A stretch of 64,000 nucleotides of DNA, taken from contig JAJYDJ010000003.1 of assembly GCA_021777565.1 (NCBI GenBank), forward strand, positions 1,001 through 65,000, read 5' to 3'. The translations under genes and the position numbers were made by a program. This document shows, piece after piece, positions 51,945 through 60,632 of the stretch (position 1 is its first letter; the number at the start of each line of letters is the position of its first letter). This DNA comes from a bacterium (lineage in GTDB: Bacteria > Patescibacteriota > Microgenomatia > Levybacterales > UBA12049). The notes below the pieces were generated by a model. The model saw only the letters and a program-made list of their open reading frames with translations. It was not told the origin of the DNA and did no database searches.

Positions 51945-52085
51945 TTAGTGGGAGAAATATACTCCACAAACGTTTAGTAGCGGACAGGCTTCGTACCATA
52001 CACCCATTATAAGCGTAATGACCAATCCAAGTATTATCATCCTTGCTATGGTTTCGCCTGTCCATTCAATAAGTTTTCCTCTCAT
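51945..52085 (-). CDS. Possible small membrane peptide
   Basis: Hydrophobic helix IARMIILGLVITLIMGVWY. The track ORF 51945..52157 overlaps the upstream gene, so an internal start is assumed. Weak call. Confidence 0.2.
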   Translation of the reverse strand: MRGKLIEWTGETIARMIILGLVITLIMGVWYEACPLLNVCGVYFSH

Positions 52086-52090
52086 GTTTT

Positions 52091-52867
52091 TTACCATACG
52101 GTATATCCTCCTAGTCCATTGGGCTGGACATGTACATATGTTCCGTTTTCTCCCCAAATTAAATATCCATTCGTACCAGGATCAGATTGAATGTTGAGTA
52201 CGGTAGGCAAGTTTTGCTTAATGTAGATTTGTATAGGGGTTGGTTGAGTTTGAGAGTAGGAATACTGACATGGTAGCGCATTCTTCTCCTGATTTTCTTC
52301 TTGTTGTAGACTAGAAATTTCACTAGTAAGTGAATTTATTTGTCCTTGTATGTATTGTATTTGTGTATAGTTCGATCCAACCTGGCAAGCCTCTGATAAT
52401 AAACCATCAGGGCATGTGGAGTTTTCTTGTTGATTTAATGTGCTTATTTGTTGTTGAACTGCTTGTATTTTTGGATTATATTTCTGGTCTATCTGGTTAG
52501 TCTGGTCAACACATAATTGCTGTGCTTGTAATTTCGCCTGTTGGATTTGATTGTTGTAACTGCTAATAACATTAGATATCTGTTGTTTAAACTGGGAATT
52601 ATCTACTGCCTGAGTTGGCGTAGGATCTTGGATTAAAACAGTTGGTATATCTGTAGGATATGTATACAAAATTGCCTTGTGTATAGGCTTTGTTGTTGGC
52701 ATAGGCTCTTGAGTAGGCGTTGGAGAACTTATCGGCGAAACTGTGGTTTTAACTACTTGTTGTATATGTATCTGTGCAGGGGTAGCAGGATGAGGCCAAA
52801 AAATAGATATTGGCAGTATGATAGCTGCTATAATTCCGTGGAAAATTGAATTAAATAAGTCTCCCAT
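52091..52867 (-). CDS. Secreted or anchored Q-rich, Cys-containing protein
   Basis: The N-terminal hydrophobic segment IIAAIILPISIFW is followed by a P/T-rich linker and a Gln-rich coiled-coil region with 4 Cys. Confidence 0.4.
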   Translation of the reverse strand: MGDLFNSIFHGIIAAIILPISIFWPHPATPAQIHIQQVVKTTVSPISSPTPTQEPMPTTKPIHKAILYTYPTDIPTVLIQDPTPTQAVDNSQFKQQISNVISSYNNQIQQAKLQAQQLCVDQTNQIDQKYNPKIQAVQQQISTLNQQENSTCPDGLLSEACQVGSNYTQIQYIQGQINSLTSEISSLQQEENQEKNALPCQYSYSQTQPTPIQIYIKQNLPTVLNIQSDPGTNGYLIWGENGTYVHVQPNGLGGYTVW

Positions 52868-52913
52868 TATTCCTTAGCCTAAATTTTACCTCAAGCGTAA
52901 GGAAACCGCAAAC

Positions 52914-54494
52914 TTAACTAAGTAGCTGTTGTGTTCTCATGAGGTGTATTGTGTTTCTGTCTATAATTTTCTTCCTCAACATGTCTCTCAAGAATGAATC
53001 AAACTTACTCCCCATCTGTTCGCTGGCAGTTCTTAAAAGCATAAGTTTTGTATTATCATCCTTCGCTTCCTGTAGCTGTTCTGGTATGCTTTTTTGCTCA
53101 CTTACCTCTGGTTGTGTATCAACCTCATTCGGTTGCTGTTTTTTTACACCAATCCATCCATATTTTGCTAAAAATGAGACTACCTCTTCGGCTCTTTGCC
53201 CTATTTCTTTTCTATAATATGCGTCTGGTACAGCCACATGCTCCTTGAGGATATCGTAGCACTCATCTACAGCGTCCTGAATGGACTTAGAAACAGTATT
53301 TACGAGCATAACGGGATTATCTTCAATCGCATACCCCGCCTTTGTTTTAGAGGCACTATAGAGCCATAGATACGGTTCTACTTCCTCATCAAAGCTAAAG
53401 TACCTTCCTGCAACGTCGTCCTTTTTTAGTGAGATACTCCCTGTATAGACGCGTACACCACATGCAGCTAGGTATGTCGGTATCTTATATTGTTGATGTT
53501 TTGCTAGAGCAATATAGAAGTCAGATATCTTACCGCCTGTGTACTTAATAAGTGCGAGCTCAGATAGGTGAGCATCCCATCCCATGCGTGGAGTATATTC
53601 GATCCCGTATGGCTCACCAGCAATATATTTCTTTTTTTTGTGCTCATTACCCTCAGCTTTCGCAAATATGTTATTGATGGAAATAGAGCCTATGTACCCA
53701 ACTTCTGCCAGTTTTTTCTCTAGTGGTTTAATGTATTTATCAAAGTACCTGCTTTTGGGGAAGTTAATGACAATATTCCCCATACAACCAACAGCCTCAC
53801 CCTTGTTACCGTCCCCAGACTTCTTCTCCTCAATGTCTAGTACACACGTATCCTCTAAAAAGACTTTACCATTAAACCAGCCTTCAAAATCTCCTTCGAT
53901 ACCTTCTACAAACTCCTGCAAGACGAACTTTGACACTGTATAGTGCTTACTGAGGCAATCTTCTTTGATCCATGTGAGATAATCAATTAAATCTTTTCTG
54001 TTTTTTGCCGTATAGGTCTTAGCAGAACCAGCAAATTCTTCGCCTTCAGGCTTAAACACATATCTGGCATCCTCTGGCTCTTTTTTAAGAAATGCTATCC
54101 CATCATCAATTTTCAAAAAATTCTTCTCATAGGGCACATCGAGGCCTGTTTGCTCCATGAGGTCTAGCCCCAAACTCCTCTCATACTCGATCTTGTCAGC
54201 CCATGCAGAACCACCAATGACCATATAGCCGTTGTTTCTTAGAAAGTCGGCCATATCTCCCTCCCCATTGTCGTCTAAAATAACAATGAGCTTATCCTTT
54301 GGTGTCTTATTAATAACCTCCCACGCATCATTGGTAATCTCCTCTTTGTTAAAAATGCCCTTCCCTGTATCCTCGCGGCCTTTCTCCATGCCCTTCTGTT
54401 TATAGAAATAGATATGGTGGCCTTCTTCTTTAATACGTTGGGCTATAGAAAGCAGATTCCCATCAACTTGATAGAGTAAAAATGTGTAAACCAT
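52914..54494 (-). CDS. ATP-grasp superfamily ligase (PurD-like N-terminal and ATP-grasp domains) with divergent C-terminal extension
   Basis: 526 aa. GDMADFLRNNGYMVIGGSAWADKIEYERSLGLDLMEQTGLDVPYEKNF, YVFKPEGEEFAGSAKTY and VLQEFVEGIEGDFEGWFNGKVF resemble the PurD/ATP-grasp layout. Confidence 0.5.
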   Translation of the reverse strand: MVYTFLLYQVDGNLLSIAQRIKEEGHHIYFYKQKGMEKGREDTGKGIFNKEEITNDAWEVINKTPKDKLIVILDDNGEGDMADFLRNNGYMVIGGSAWADKIEYERSLGLDLMEQTGLDVPYEKNFLKIDDGIAFLKKEPEDARYVFKPEGEEFAGSAKTYTAKNRKDLIDYLTWIKEDCLSKHYTVSKFVLQEFVEGIEGDFEGWFNGKVFLEDTCVLDIEEKKSGDGNKGEAVGCMGNIVINFPKSRYFDKYIKPLEKKLAEVGYIGSISINNIFAKAEGNEHKKKKYIAGEPYGIEYTPRMGWDAHLSELALIKYTGGKISDFYIALAKHQQYKIPTYLAACGVRVYTGSISLKKDDVAGRYFSFDEEVEPYLWLYSASKTKAGYAIEDNPVMLVNTVSKSIQDAVDECYDILKEHVAVPDAYYRKEIGQRAEEVVSFLAKYGWIGVKKQQPNEVDTQPEVSEQKSIPEQLQEAKDDNTKLMLLRTASEQMGSKFDSFLRDMLRKKIIDRNTIHLMRTQQLLS

Positions 54495-54573
54495 TACACA
54501 TAGGTTAGCAAATTATTTCGTCTGTAAAGAGTATTGGCAAACTAGGCCTTAGCTCCTAGCTTGTCGAAAATTT

Positions 54574-54774
54574 TTACATCTTCTTTTTGCCCTTCTTGGC
54601 CAAGAATGCCGGCTTTCCATTAACCATTGGCATCTTCCCCTTGCCATTTGTTGCAGTAGTAGACGCTTTTTTCATTGGCATTGCCTTTTTGGCTGTGCCT
54701 GATTTTTTGGCTGCTTTCGCCTGTACCATTTTTTTGAACTTTTCGCGTGCTGCTTTCTGTTTTGCGCTTGCCAT
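54574..54774 (-). CDS. Histone H1-like K/A-rich basic protein
   Basis: MASAKQKAAREKFKKMVQAKAAKKSGTAKKAMPMKKAS...KKGKKKM. The track's upstream start (54822) adds a hydrophobic leader, so an internal start is assumed. Confidence 0.4.
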   Translation of the reverse strand: MASAKQKAAREKFKKMVQAKAAKKSGTAKKAMPMKKASTTATNGKGKMPMVNGKPAFLAKKGKKKM

Positions 54775-54936
54775 AGAGATCACCACCTTTCTGTATAAAA
54801 GAAGAGTAGCAAAATATCTCATCTAATGTAGACTATTTGCCTTGGTTCAAAAAATGTTGTTAGGTTGGAAATATGCAAGATGAGATACGGCTCACAGAGA
54901 TCGAACAACTTACGTCAGAAAGGAGCCTAAATATAT

Positions 54937-55545
54937 ATGAACCAAATAAATAGTCTCAGAGATTTTACATTATTAGATTTAGCTCAATTTACCAAAGAGG
55001 GTAAATATGATTCTACCTTCAGTGGAGATTGGTTTTTATATTTTGTCGGTCGTGACAATGTACATGAAGTACTGAAGTATGTGTTATCCCGTGTGACTAC
55101 CTCACTGTATCTGAATATGTTTGGGTTTGATGATGACGAGCTGAACCAAATCATCATGCAGAAAGTGCTTGATCCGACCATCACGGTGCTTATCACACTA
55201 GATAAGTCTCAAGCAGGAGGATTTCATGAAAAGATGTTGCTTGATGCAGACCAAAAACAGAACTTAAGTCTGTTTAATAGTCATTTTGTTGTCGGTCAGT
55301 CAGCGACACATCAGATAAGCCACACGAAGGGGTTTGTCGCGGACGGAAAGGTTGGGGGAGAAGGATCAACAAACTGGTCTAACTCTGGTGAGGGAACTTT
55401 TGTTGTCAAAGATAAAGCGGGAGGAGTAGGGTATAAGGCACAAAACAATACGCAGACCATCTTTACCGATCAGGACGCCATCACAAGATTCACTGCAGAG
55501 CTGATAAACGAACATATCATTGCCCAAAAAGCAAATAAAATATGA
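54937..55545 (+). CDS. Phospholipase D-family (Nuc-like) single-domain protein, HxKx4Dx6GSxN motif
   Basis: ISHTKGFVADGKVGGEGSTNWSNSGEG at aa 127-153 matches HxK(x)4D(x)6GSxN exactly. The 4-nt stop/start overlap (55542-55545) with the downstream lysis gene indicates co-transcription. AAAGGAG RBS. Confidence 0.65.
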   Translation: MNQINSLRDFTLLDLAQFTKEGKYDSTFSGDWFLYFVGRDNVHEVLKYVLSRVTTSLYLNMFGFDDDELNQIIMQKVLDPTITVLITLDKSQAGGFHEKMLLDADQKQNLSLFNSHFVVGQSATHQISHTKGFVADGKVGGEGSTNWSNSGEGTFVVKDKAGGVGYKAQNNTQTIFTDQDAITRFTAELINEHIIAQKANKI

Positions 55546-55847
55546 AAAAAATTATGGCGGAAGTAAAACAAGTACAAGTTGATTTGTTAGAGAAGCTCTT
55601 TGATGCAAAACTAGAGACAATGAGGGCATCACTTAGTGGTATTCAGAAGGATATCTATACCATCAACAAGGCAATCAATGGGAATGGTCAACCTGGTCTT
55701 ATGCAGAGAGTAGAAGATGATGAGAGAAGGATATCTAATCTAACTGCAAGGTTTGGCGTTATTACGGCAATATTCCTTATCCTAGCAGGGCTTTTACAAG
55801 CACTCATTCCGAATGCTTTGACAAGCATAGGCATATTACATCGTTAG
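55542..55847 (+). CDS. XhlA-like lysis-associated membrane protein
   Basis: 101 aa with an N-terminal coiled coil and a C-terminal TM (VITAIFLILAGLLQALIP), placed directly before the endolysin. Confidence 0.4.
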   Translation: MKKIMAEVKQVQVDLLEKLFDAKLETMRASLSGIQKDIYTINKAINGNGQPGLMQRVEDDERRISNLTARFGVITAIFLILAGLLQALIPNALTSIGILHR

Positions 55848-55848
55848 T

Positions 55849-56736
55849 ATGGAAGAACTTATTACATTTATAAACCAATATCTTGGTAAAACAGGAGTCG
55901 GCAACACAGACCAAAACAGAGGTCAATGTGTAGGGTTAGTTTCCCTTTGGATGGATACGCTTAACATCCCTCACGAATGGGGAAATGCAAAAGACCTTCT
56001 TGATAATGCAGATAAAAATTACTTCACTATCGTCTACAACGATCCAAATAATCTCGCCCAATATCCACCAGCAGGCGCAGTTCTTGTATATGATGGTACG
56101 TGGGGTAACGGGGTAGGCCATACAGGCATTGTCGTTTTCTCGACTGGAACAATAATCATCCTATTTGAACAAAATGACACTCGTTCCGATGACCCGAACG
56201 GTGCATGCGAAGTCATGGCGCATCCGAACTATAACGGGGTTATTGGTTGGCTTATACCAAAAAATCTACCCACAACAACCTCTGATTGTCTGGTTCCAAA
56301 TACTCCAGAATGGCAGACAAAGTATGAAGAGATAGTCGGAAAGGCAGGGAAGTATGATGCATTTGTTTCCGATGGGTATAACAGTTCAATGGATATTGAT
56401 AGCAAGATTAAAGGGATGCAGGACACTATTGATAGTCTCAACCAAATCATCAAAGACAAGAATGCTCAGATTGCAGGGCTCAATACCTCTCTTTCAACAG
56501 CAGACGGACAGATCAATGGTCTTAAGATGCAGGTACAACAGCAAACACTTTTAGCACAACAACTACCAGAGTGCCAAAAAGAGCGAGACCAGGCGATAGA
56601 AGATAGAAAAGGTCTACAGGATCAAATAACGGCGTTACAAGGAAAGGTAACAGGGCTGTCGGGGACATCATACAAAACAGTAAATACAATACTTCTTGTA
56701 CAAGAAGTATTAAGACGATTATTTCATCTAAATTAG
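55849..56736 (+). CDS. CHAP-domain endolysin with C-terminal coiled-coil region
   Basis: Catalytic Cys in NRGQCVGLVSLW and His in GNGVGHTGIVVF, the spacing typical of a CHAP amidase/peptidase. Confidence 0.7.
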   Translation: MEELITFINQYLGKTGVGNTDQNRGQCVGLVSLWMDTLNIPHEWGNAKDLLDNADKNYFTIVYNDPNNLAQYPPAGAVLVYDGTWGNGVGHTGIVVFSTGTIIILFEQNDTRSDDPNGACEVMAHPNYNGVIGWLIPKNLPTTTSDCLVPNTPEWQTKYEEIVGKAGKYDAFVSDGYNSSMDIDSKIKGMQDTIDSLNQIIKDKNAQIAGLNTSLSTADGQINGLKMQVQQQTLLAQQLPECQKERDQAIEDRKGLQDQITALQGKVTGLSGTSYKTVNTILLVQEVLRRLFHLN

Positions 56737-56740
56737 AAAG

Positions 56741-56971
56741 GTGGTGATTTTAATGATAAAACCCGGATATAAAACATCTGAACTCTATGTAACACTCTTT
56801 GGTGTTGGTGCTATTTTATGGAATAACATTCAAGCACAATGCCATTTCACAACATGGGATATTCTTATAATCGGTGGTGCCGTAGTCTCGTATGTCTTAG
56901 GTAGAAGCGGTCTAAAGATTGTGAGCGCGTGGGTTAGTGCTTGGTTACAGGCAAACCAGAACACGAAATAA
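56741..56971 (+). CDS. Putative holin (two TM)
   Basis: 76 aa with two hydrophobic helices, immediately after the endolysin. Confidence 0.45.
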   Translation: MVILMIKPGYKTSELYVTLFGVGAILWNNIQAQCHFTTWDILIIGGAVVSYVLGRSGLKIVSAWVSAWLQANQNTK

Positions 56972-57410
56972 GTTCGTAAAGACCCCTATATTTTTACAGT
57001 CCTATAGATACGCAGATATAAAAGGGATCTATAATAGTGGAAAAGTGTATCTAATATATGTTTCTCCAACTTTTTTCTTATATACCCTAGTGAGTAGCCA
57101 CGCAATCCACACCATTCGTGGCATAGATATTCTTACTACTTCCACAAATATATTCTGAAGTGCTCTTCGTGAATCATCACACGACTTATTTACACCCTCA
57201 TCGTACGAATAACCCTTCTTAATTTTATATTCTAATACCATATACTTACCATTTATGTGTATCGTGTCTGTTGTAATGTATTACAATACGCCCTAGTTTC
57301 TTCTACTGACAAAGTTTTCCCAAACAAAACAATCCTGCCCTCTGGTTTACACTCTCGTCTTACAGGTAGCAAAGCATAACCATATTTATATTTCCATATT
57401 ACATTTTTCG

Positions 57411-57890
57411 TCATACTATCTCCTCCCAGTGGCTAGTAATAAAGTCTTTAATGCCACCCGGCTCATACATAGGGTAGAGCTTCAAAAACTCTTCCTTGGC
57501 TGCTTCAAAGCTATCAGAAGGTATTACACGGAGTCTCTTTGAGAGATAGAGTAATGCCACACTTGGACTTCGAGAGTGTCCTTTGTCACAGAATATGTAT
57601 ACCTGCTTGTCTTGTTTCTCAATAAAATCAAGAACTTTTATAAAAGTTTCAACACCTTTCCCTTGCCAATCATAAAACTGAGCACTGGCATCTATCCAAT
57701 TAACAGACATAAAATTATCCTTTTCGCACGTGATGTAACATGGATCATCTGCATACTTGAACCCTTTTTGCCAACCATGTAGTTCGTAGTGGTACTTACT
57801 AGACACATTCACAAAGGACCAATTTGAGCTAGGCAATGCCCTCGCTATTCTTGAGTCTCCCACATAAATTTTATCGTGTACTTTTATCAT
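57411..57890 (-). CDS. Protein-tyrosine/dual-specificity phosphatase (CX5R)
   Basis: VYIFCDKGHSRSPSVALLYL contains the C-x5-R(S) P-loop. An upstream Asp (YADDP) is a general-acid candidate. Confidence 0.6.
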   Translation of the reverse strand: MIKVHDKIYVGDSRIARALPSSNWSFVNVSSKYHYELHGWQKGFKYADDPCYITCEKDNFMSVNWIDASAQFYDWQGKGVETFIKVLDFIEKQDKQVYIFCDKGHSRSPSVALLYLSKRLRVIPSDSFEAAKEEFLKLYPMYEPGGIKDFITSHWEEIV

Positions 57891-58165
57891 ATTCCTCTCA
57901 GTTGTACATAGAATGTCTTATTACTCGTCACAATAGCCTTTCGCATGTACCCTTTCTGAACCAGCACTCTGATTGCTGACTTTATTGTTGTATCTCCGAT
58001 GTGCTTTGTGTTTGATATTTCTGCCATAATATATTTGTGTGGGACTGGTGTTTTTTTCTTCCTTACCCACCCATCGACAACTTTCATGATATCCAACTGT
58101 AGTTGGTTAATATCCCCGTACCCTTTGTTGATACGGAAAAATAGTTTAAGTATTGGTTGCATCAT
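57887..58165 (-). CDS. Small winged-helix-like DNA-binding protein candidate
   Basis: 92 aa, basic, with a predicted HTH-like segment. Confidence 0.3.
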   Translation of the reverse strand: MMQPILKLFFRINKGYGDINQLQLDIMKVVDGWVRKKKTPVPHKYIMAEISNTKHIGDTTIKSAIRVLVQKGYMRKAIVTSNKTFYVQLRGI

Positions 58166-58530
58166 ATTTTTATTAGCCGAGAAATTATCCTCTCAATAAC
58201 AGATATTGTCTTTTCAATATGATTCTGTGCGTGATTTCCATTCTTGAGTAGCTCTTTTGGGCTTGTAATAATATAGCTATGGATCTCTCCAAGAATAATA
58301 TGAAGCAATTCATGGATGATGGTATGTTCCGTTACTTCATCGAGGTGGTCTTTGTCGAAGCTAATCGTAGCTAGAAGATATGTTGGGTGCGCATTTGTCT
58401 CTGCGATAGCAGGGAATTTGACATCATCGCTCACGCCGAATTTATCAAAATAGATACTTATATCCCAGTTTTGTAGACCAAATTTATCTTGCCAAAACTT
58501 CGTTCGAGTGATTATTTTTTGTTTGGTCAC
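58162..58530 (-). CDS. HExxH zinc-metallopeptidase-like protein (ImmA/IrrE-like candidate)
   Basis: HTIIHELLHIILGEIH contains HELLH. Confidence 0.4.
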   Translation of the reverse strand: MTKQKIITRTKFWQDKFGLQNWDISIYFDKFGVSDDVKFPAIAETNAHPTYLLATISFDKDHLDEVTEHTIIHELLHIILGEIHSYIITSPKELLKNGNHAQNHIEKTISVIERIISRLIKI

Positions 58531-58814
58531 TCTTCTTTTTCCTCCTTAAATATTGGACTCCCACACTTTGGGCAGTGTGGATCGGCAACACTTGTTGTAG
58601 CAATAAACTTAGAGGGGAATAGGTTGCCACAGTTCTCACACTCTCCTTCTTTCTTTTCTGCATCTTTTCCTACTTCAATAGCTCTTTTCAACTCAGGAAT
58701 CAATCTAATCTGCTCCTCTCTGGGAGACCTATCCCAAACCTTCTTTGCCACTCTATAAGGTATACCCCTGTATTTTGCAAACTGACGTATTAGTTTTACT
58801 AATTTTTGACTCAT
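58527..58814 (-). CDS. Zn-ribbon protein
   Basis: CENCGN...CPKCGS, i.e. two CxxC pairs. Confidence 0.4.
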   Translation of the reverse strand: MSQKLVKLIRQFAKYRGIPYRVAKKVWDRSPREEQIRLIPELKRAIEVGKDAEKKEGECENCGNLFPSKFIATTSVADPHCPKCGSPIFKEEKEE

Positions 58815-58915
58815 ATAGTTTTGGTTATTTCCTCAGGTGGTAGCGTCGGTGAAATCTAGGCCAAAGTTATATAGGCATACAACTCCACGTTATGCACCTC
58901 ATCCACACTACCGCC

Positions 58916-59173
58916 TCAAGAAACAATCCCCTTTCTCGACATTCGCTTCTCTACAATGATTTCCTGTATTCTCTCTTGTGCCCGTAGAAACTTATCCTTT
59001 TTATTAGAGGGATAGTATTTCTCGCCATAAGCAACCTTGTGCTCCTCAGAACAGAAAAACATATCCTCTTTTGCTTGTCTTTCACAGTTGTCAAAATAAC
59101 ATTTCATATTTTTGTAGGTTTGTTTTGCGAACTCCGATATGCCACCCCGTGGGTGACACACCGCAATCTGCAA
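58916..59173 (-). CDS. Cys-rich small protein
   Basis: 85 aa with 5 Cys. Confidence 0.3.
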   Translation of the reverse strand: MQIAVCHPRGGISEFAKQTYKNMKCYFDNCERQAKEDMFFCSEEHKVAYGEKYYPSNKKDKFLRAQERIQEIIVEKRMSRKGIVS

Positions 59174-59175
59174 AC

Positions 59176-59388
59176 TTATGAAAGTGAGATATCCATCTTC
59201 ACATCCATCTTTATCTCACGATCAACCATGTATGCTGACACAACATACACATGGTTATTATCTTTTTTTAACCATGTAAGATACTCTTTCTCTGACGAGA
59301 ATGTAGTGTAACCGTTGTGAACCACTACTAGCACCCTAACCAGCTCCTTCTTCATTGCCTTCTTTTTTGTAACAATTTTTTTAGCCAT
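59176..59388 (-). CDS. Hypothetical small protein
   Basis: An internal Met start is assumed to avoid the overlap with 59396..60226. Confidence 0.25.
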   Translation of the reverse strand: MAKKIVTKKKAMKKELVRVLVVVHNGYTTFSSEKEYLTWLKKDNNHVYVVSAYMVDREIKMDVKMDISLS

Positions 59389-59395
59389 CTTTTCC

Positions 59396-60226
59396 TCACC
59401 TCCTTCCATCCATAGACTTAATGACGTGCATTTCTTGCAATTTTTCTTGTAACTTCTTCCTTGCCTCATCTGCTTTTAGTTTTTCCTCAGGGGTCTGCTG
59501 AACATCTTGTATTACCGTAGCCCGCAGCAGAGAAGACTCATGACTCCTTTCCCCAAAATCTTTTTTCAATGCATTTCGCAGTATTGCCTCAGGGTCTGAA
59601 TATCCCTTTCTTCTAGCCACAGACAAGCCACGCCACCACCAGTACATATCTTCAGCCTTCTTTTTCACTTGATCCCTCGTCGCCTTAAACTTTTTACTAA
59701 ATTTTTCTAAAATCTCATCAGGTGGGCTCTGTAAAAACTCTCCTATGTCGACTTTCCCCCCCTTAACAACCCCTTTGGTTTCTAATTCTTGGTTCTTGGT
59801 TTCTGCAGGGTTGGTAACCCTGTCTTGACTAGTTTGTAAGGGGTTGGCAACCTCTTCAATATCACGTGTTAATTTATTAAAATACTCCCTTATTTTTGTA
59901 GGAACTGACGCAACTTCTCTCTCTTTTGCGTTCATTACTCTTTCTTGTCCTGAATAGTCCGTGTAGGCACACTTATGATTGTGATAAACCCAGTTTTCCG
60001 TAAAGAATATCCACTTGAGTTCAATTAATTCTTTTTTGCCTGCAGTTAATTGGGCAGGTGTTAGGCCAGTATCAAAGAGTATTTGTCTATCAGTAATATG
60101 TAGATACTTAGAAAGTCCAAGCTGTAAGTTGGTAATGAGATACATAAAGAGGAGCTTTGTAGGGATAGAACACCCTGCAAATTTCTCATCTAACCATAGT
60201 TGTGGGTATACGATTCGGTCTTTCAT
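59396..60226 (-). CDS. Hypothetical early protein (replication/organiser candidate)
   Basis: 276 aa with a charged helical C-terminal half. Confidence 0.35.
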   Translation of the reverse strand: MKDRIVYPQLWLDEKFAGCSIPTKLLFMYLITNLQLGLSKYLHITDRQILFDTGLTPAQLTAGKKELIELKWIFFTENWVYHNHKCAYTDYSGQERVMNAKEREVASVPTKIREYFNKLTRDIEEVANPLQTSQDRVTNPAETKNQELETKGVVKGGKVDIGEFLQSPPDEILEKFSKKFKATRDQVKKKAEDMYWWWRGLSVARRKGYSDPEAILRNALKKDFGERSHESSLLRATVIQDVQQTPEEKLKADEARKKLQEKLQEMHVIKSMDGRR

Positions 60227-60564
60227 AATAGGTTAAGCTGCGTCGCTTGTTTCGGCGCAAAAATCTGATATGCAGTTCCCTTGTCTTCGTTGAAGATATA
60301 TTTGACTCTCTCTTGTTGTTGTTCTCTCTCCACTTTTTCAACCCACAGATCAATGTGACCTGGCTCTGATATTAGAATGTAGTCGACAGACCCGTTGCTT
60401 TTTCGTGGGCTAACTATACTAAACCCCATGTTTTTTAACTCGAGTATTCTAACGGGGGCTTGAATAAGATGGAACTTAAAACGCAGATCGTAAGAGTTTA
60501 TGCCCTTCGCTCCAGCTGTCCTGAGTAACAATAATACTTTTGTTTGTTGTCTATTTAATTTCAT
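60223..60564 (-). CDS. Hypothetical protein
   Basis: 113 aa. Confidence 0.35.
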   Translation of the reverse strand: MKLNRQQTKVLLLLRTAGAKGINSYDLRFKFHLIQAPVRILELKNMGFSIVSPRKSNGSVDYILISEPGHIDLWVEKVEREQQQERVKYIFNEDKGTAYQIFAPKQATQLNLL

Positions 60565-60632
60565 ATACGCTCAAATTTCTCTCTGCCTTTCGGCCGTATC
60601 CGTGCGTTCAGCATGCGCACCCCGCTTTCTGG

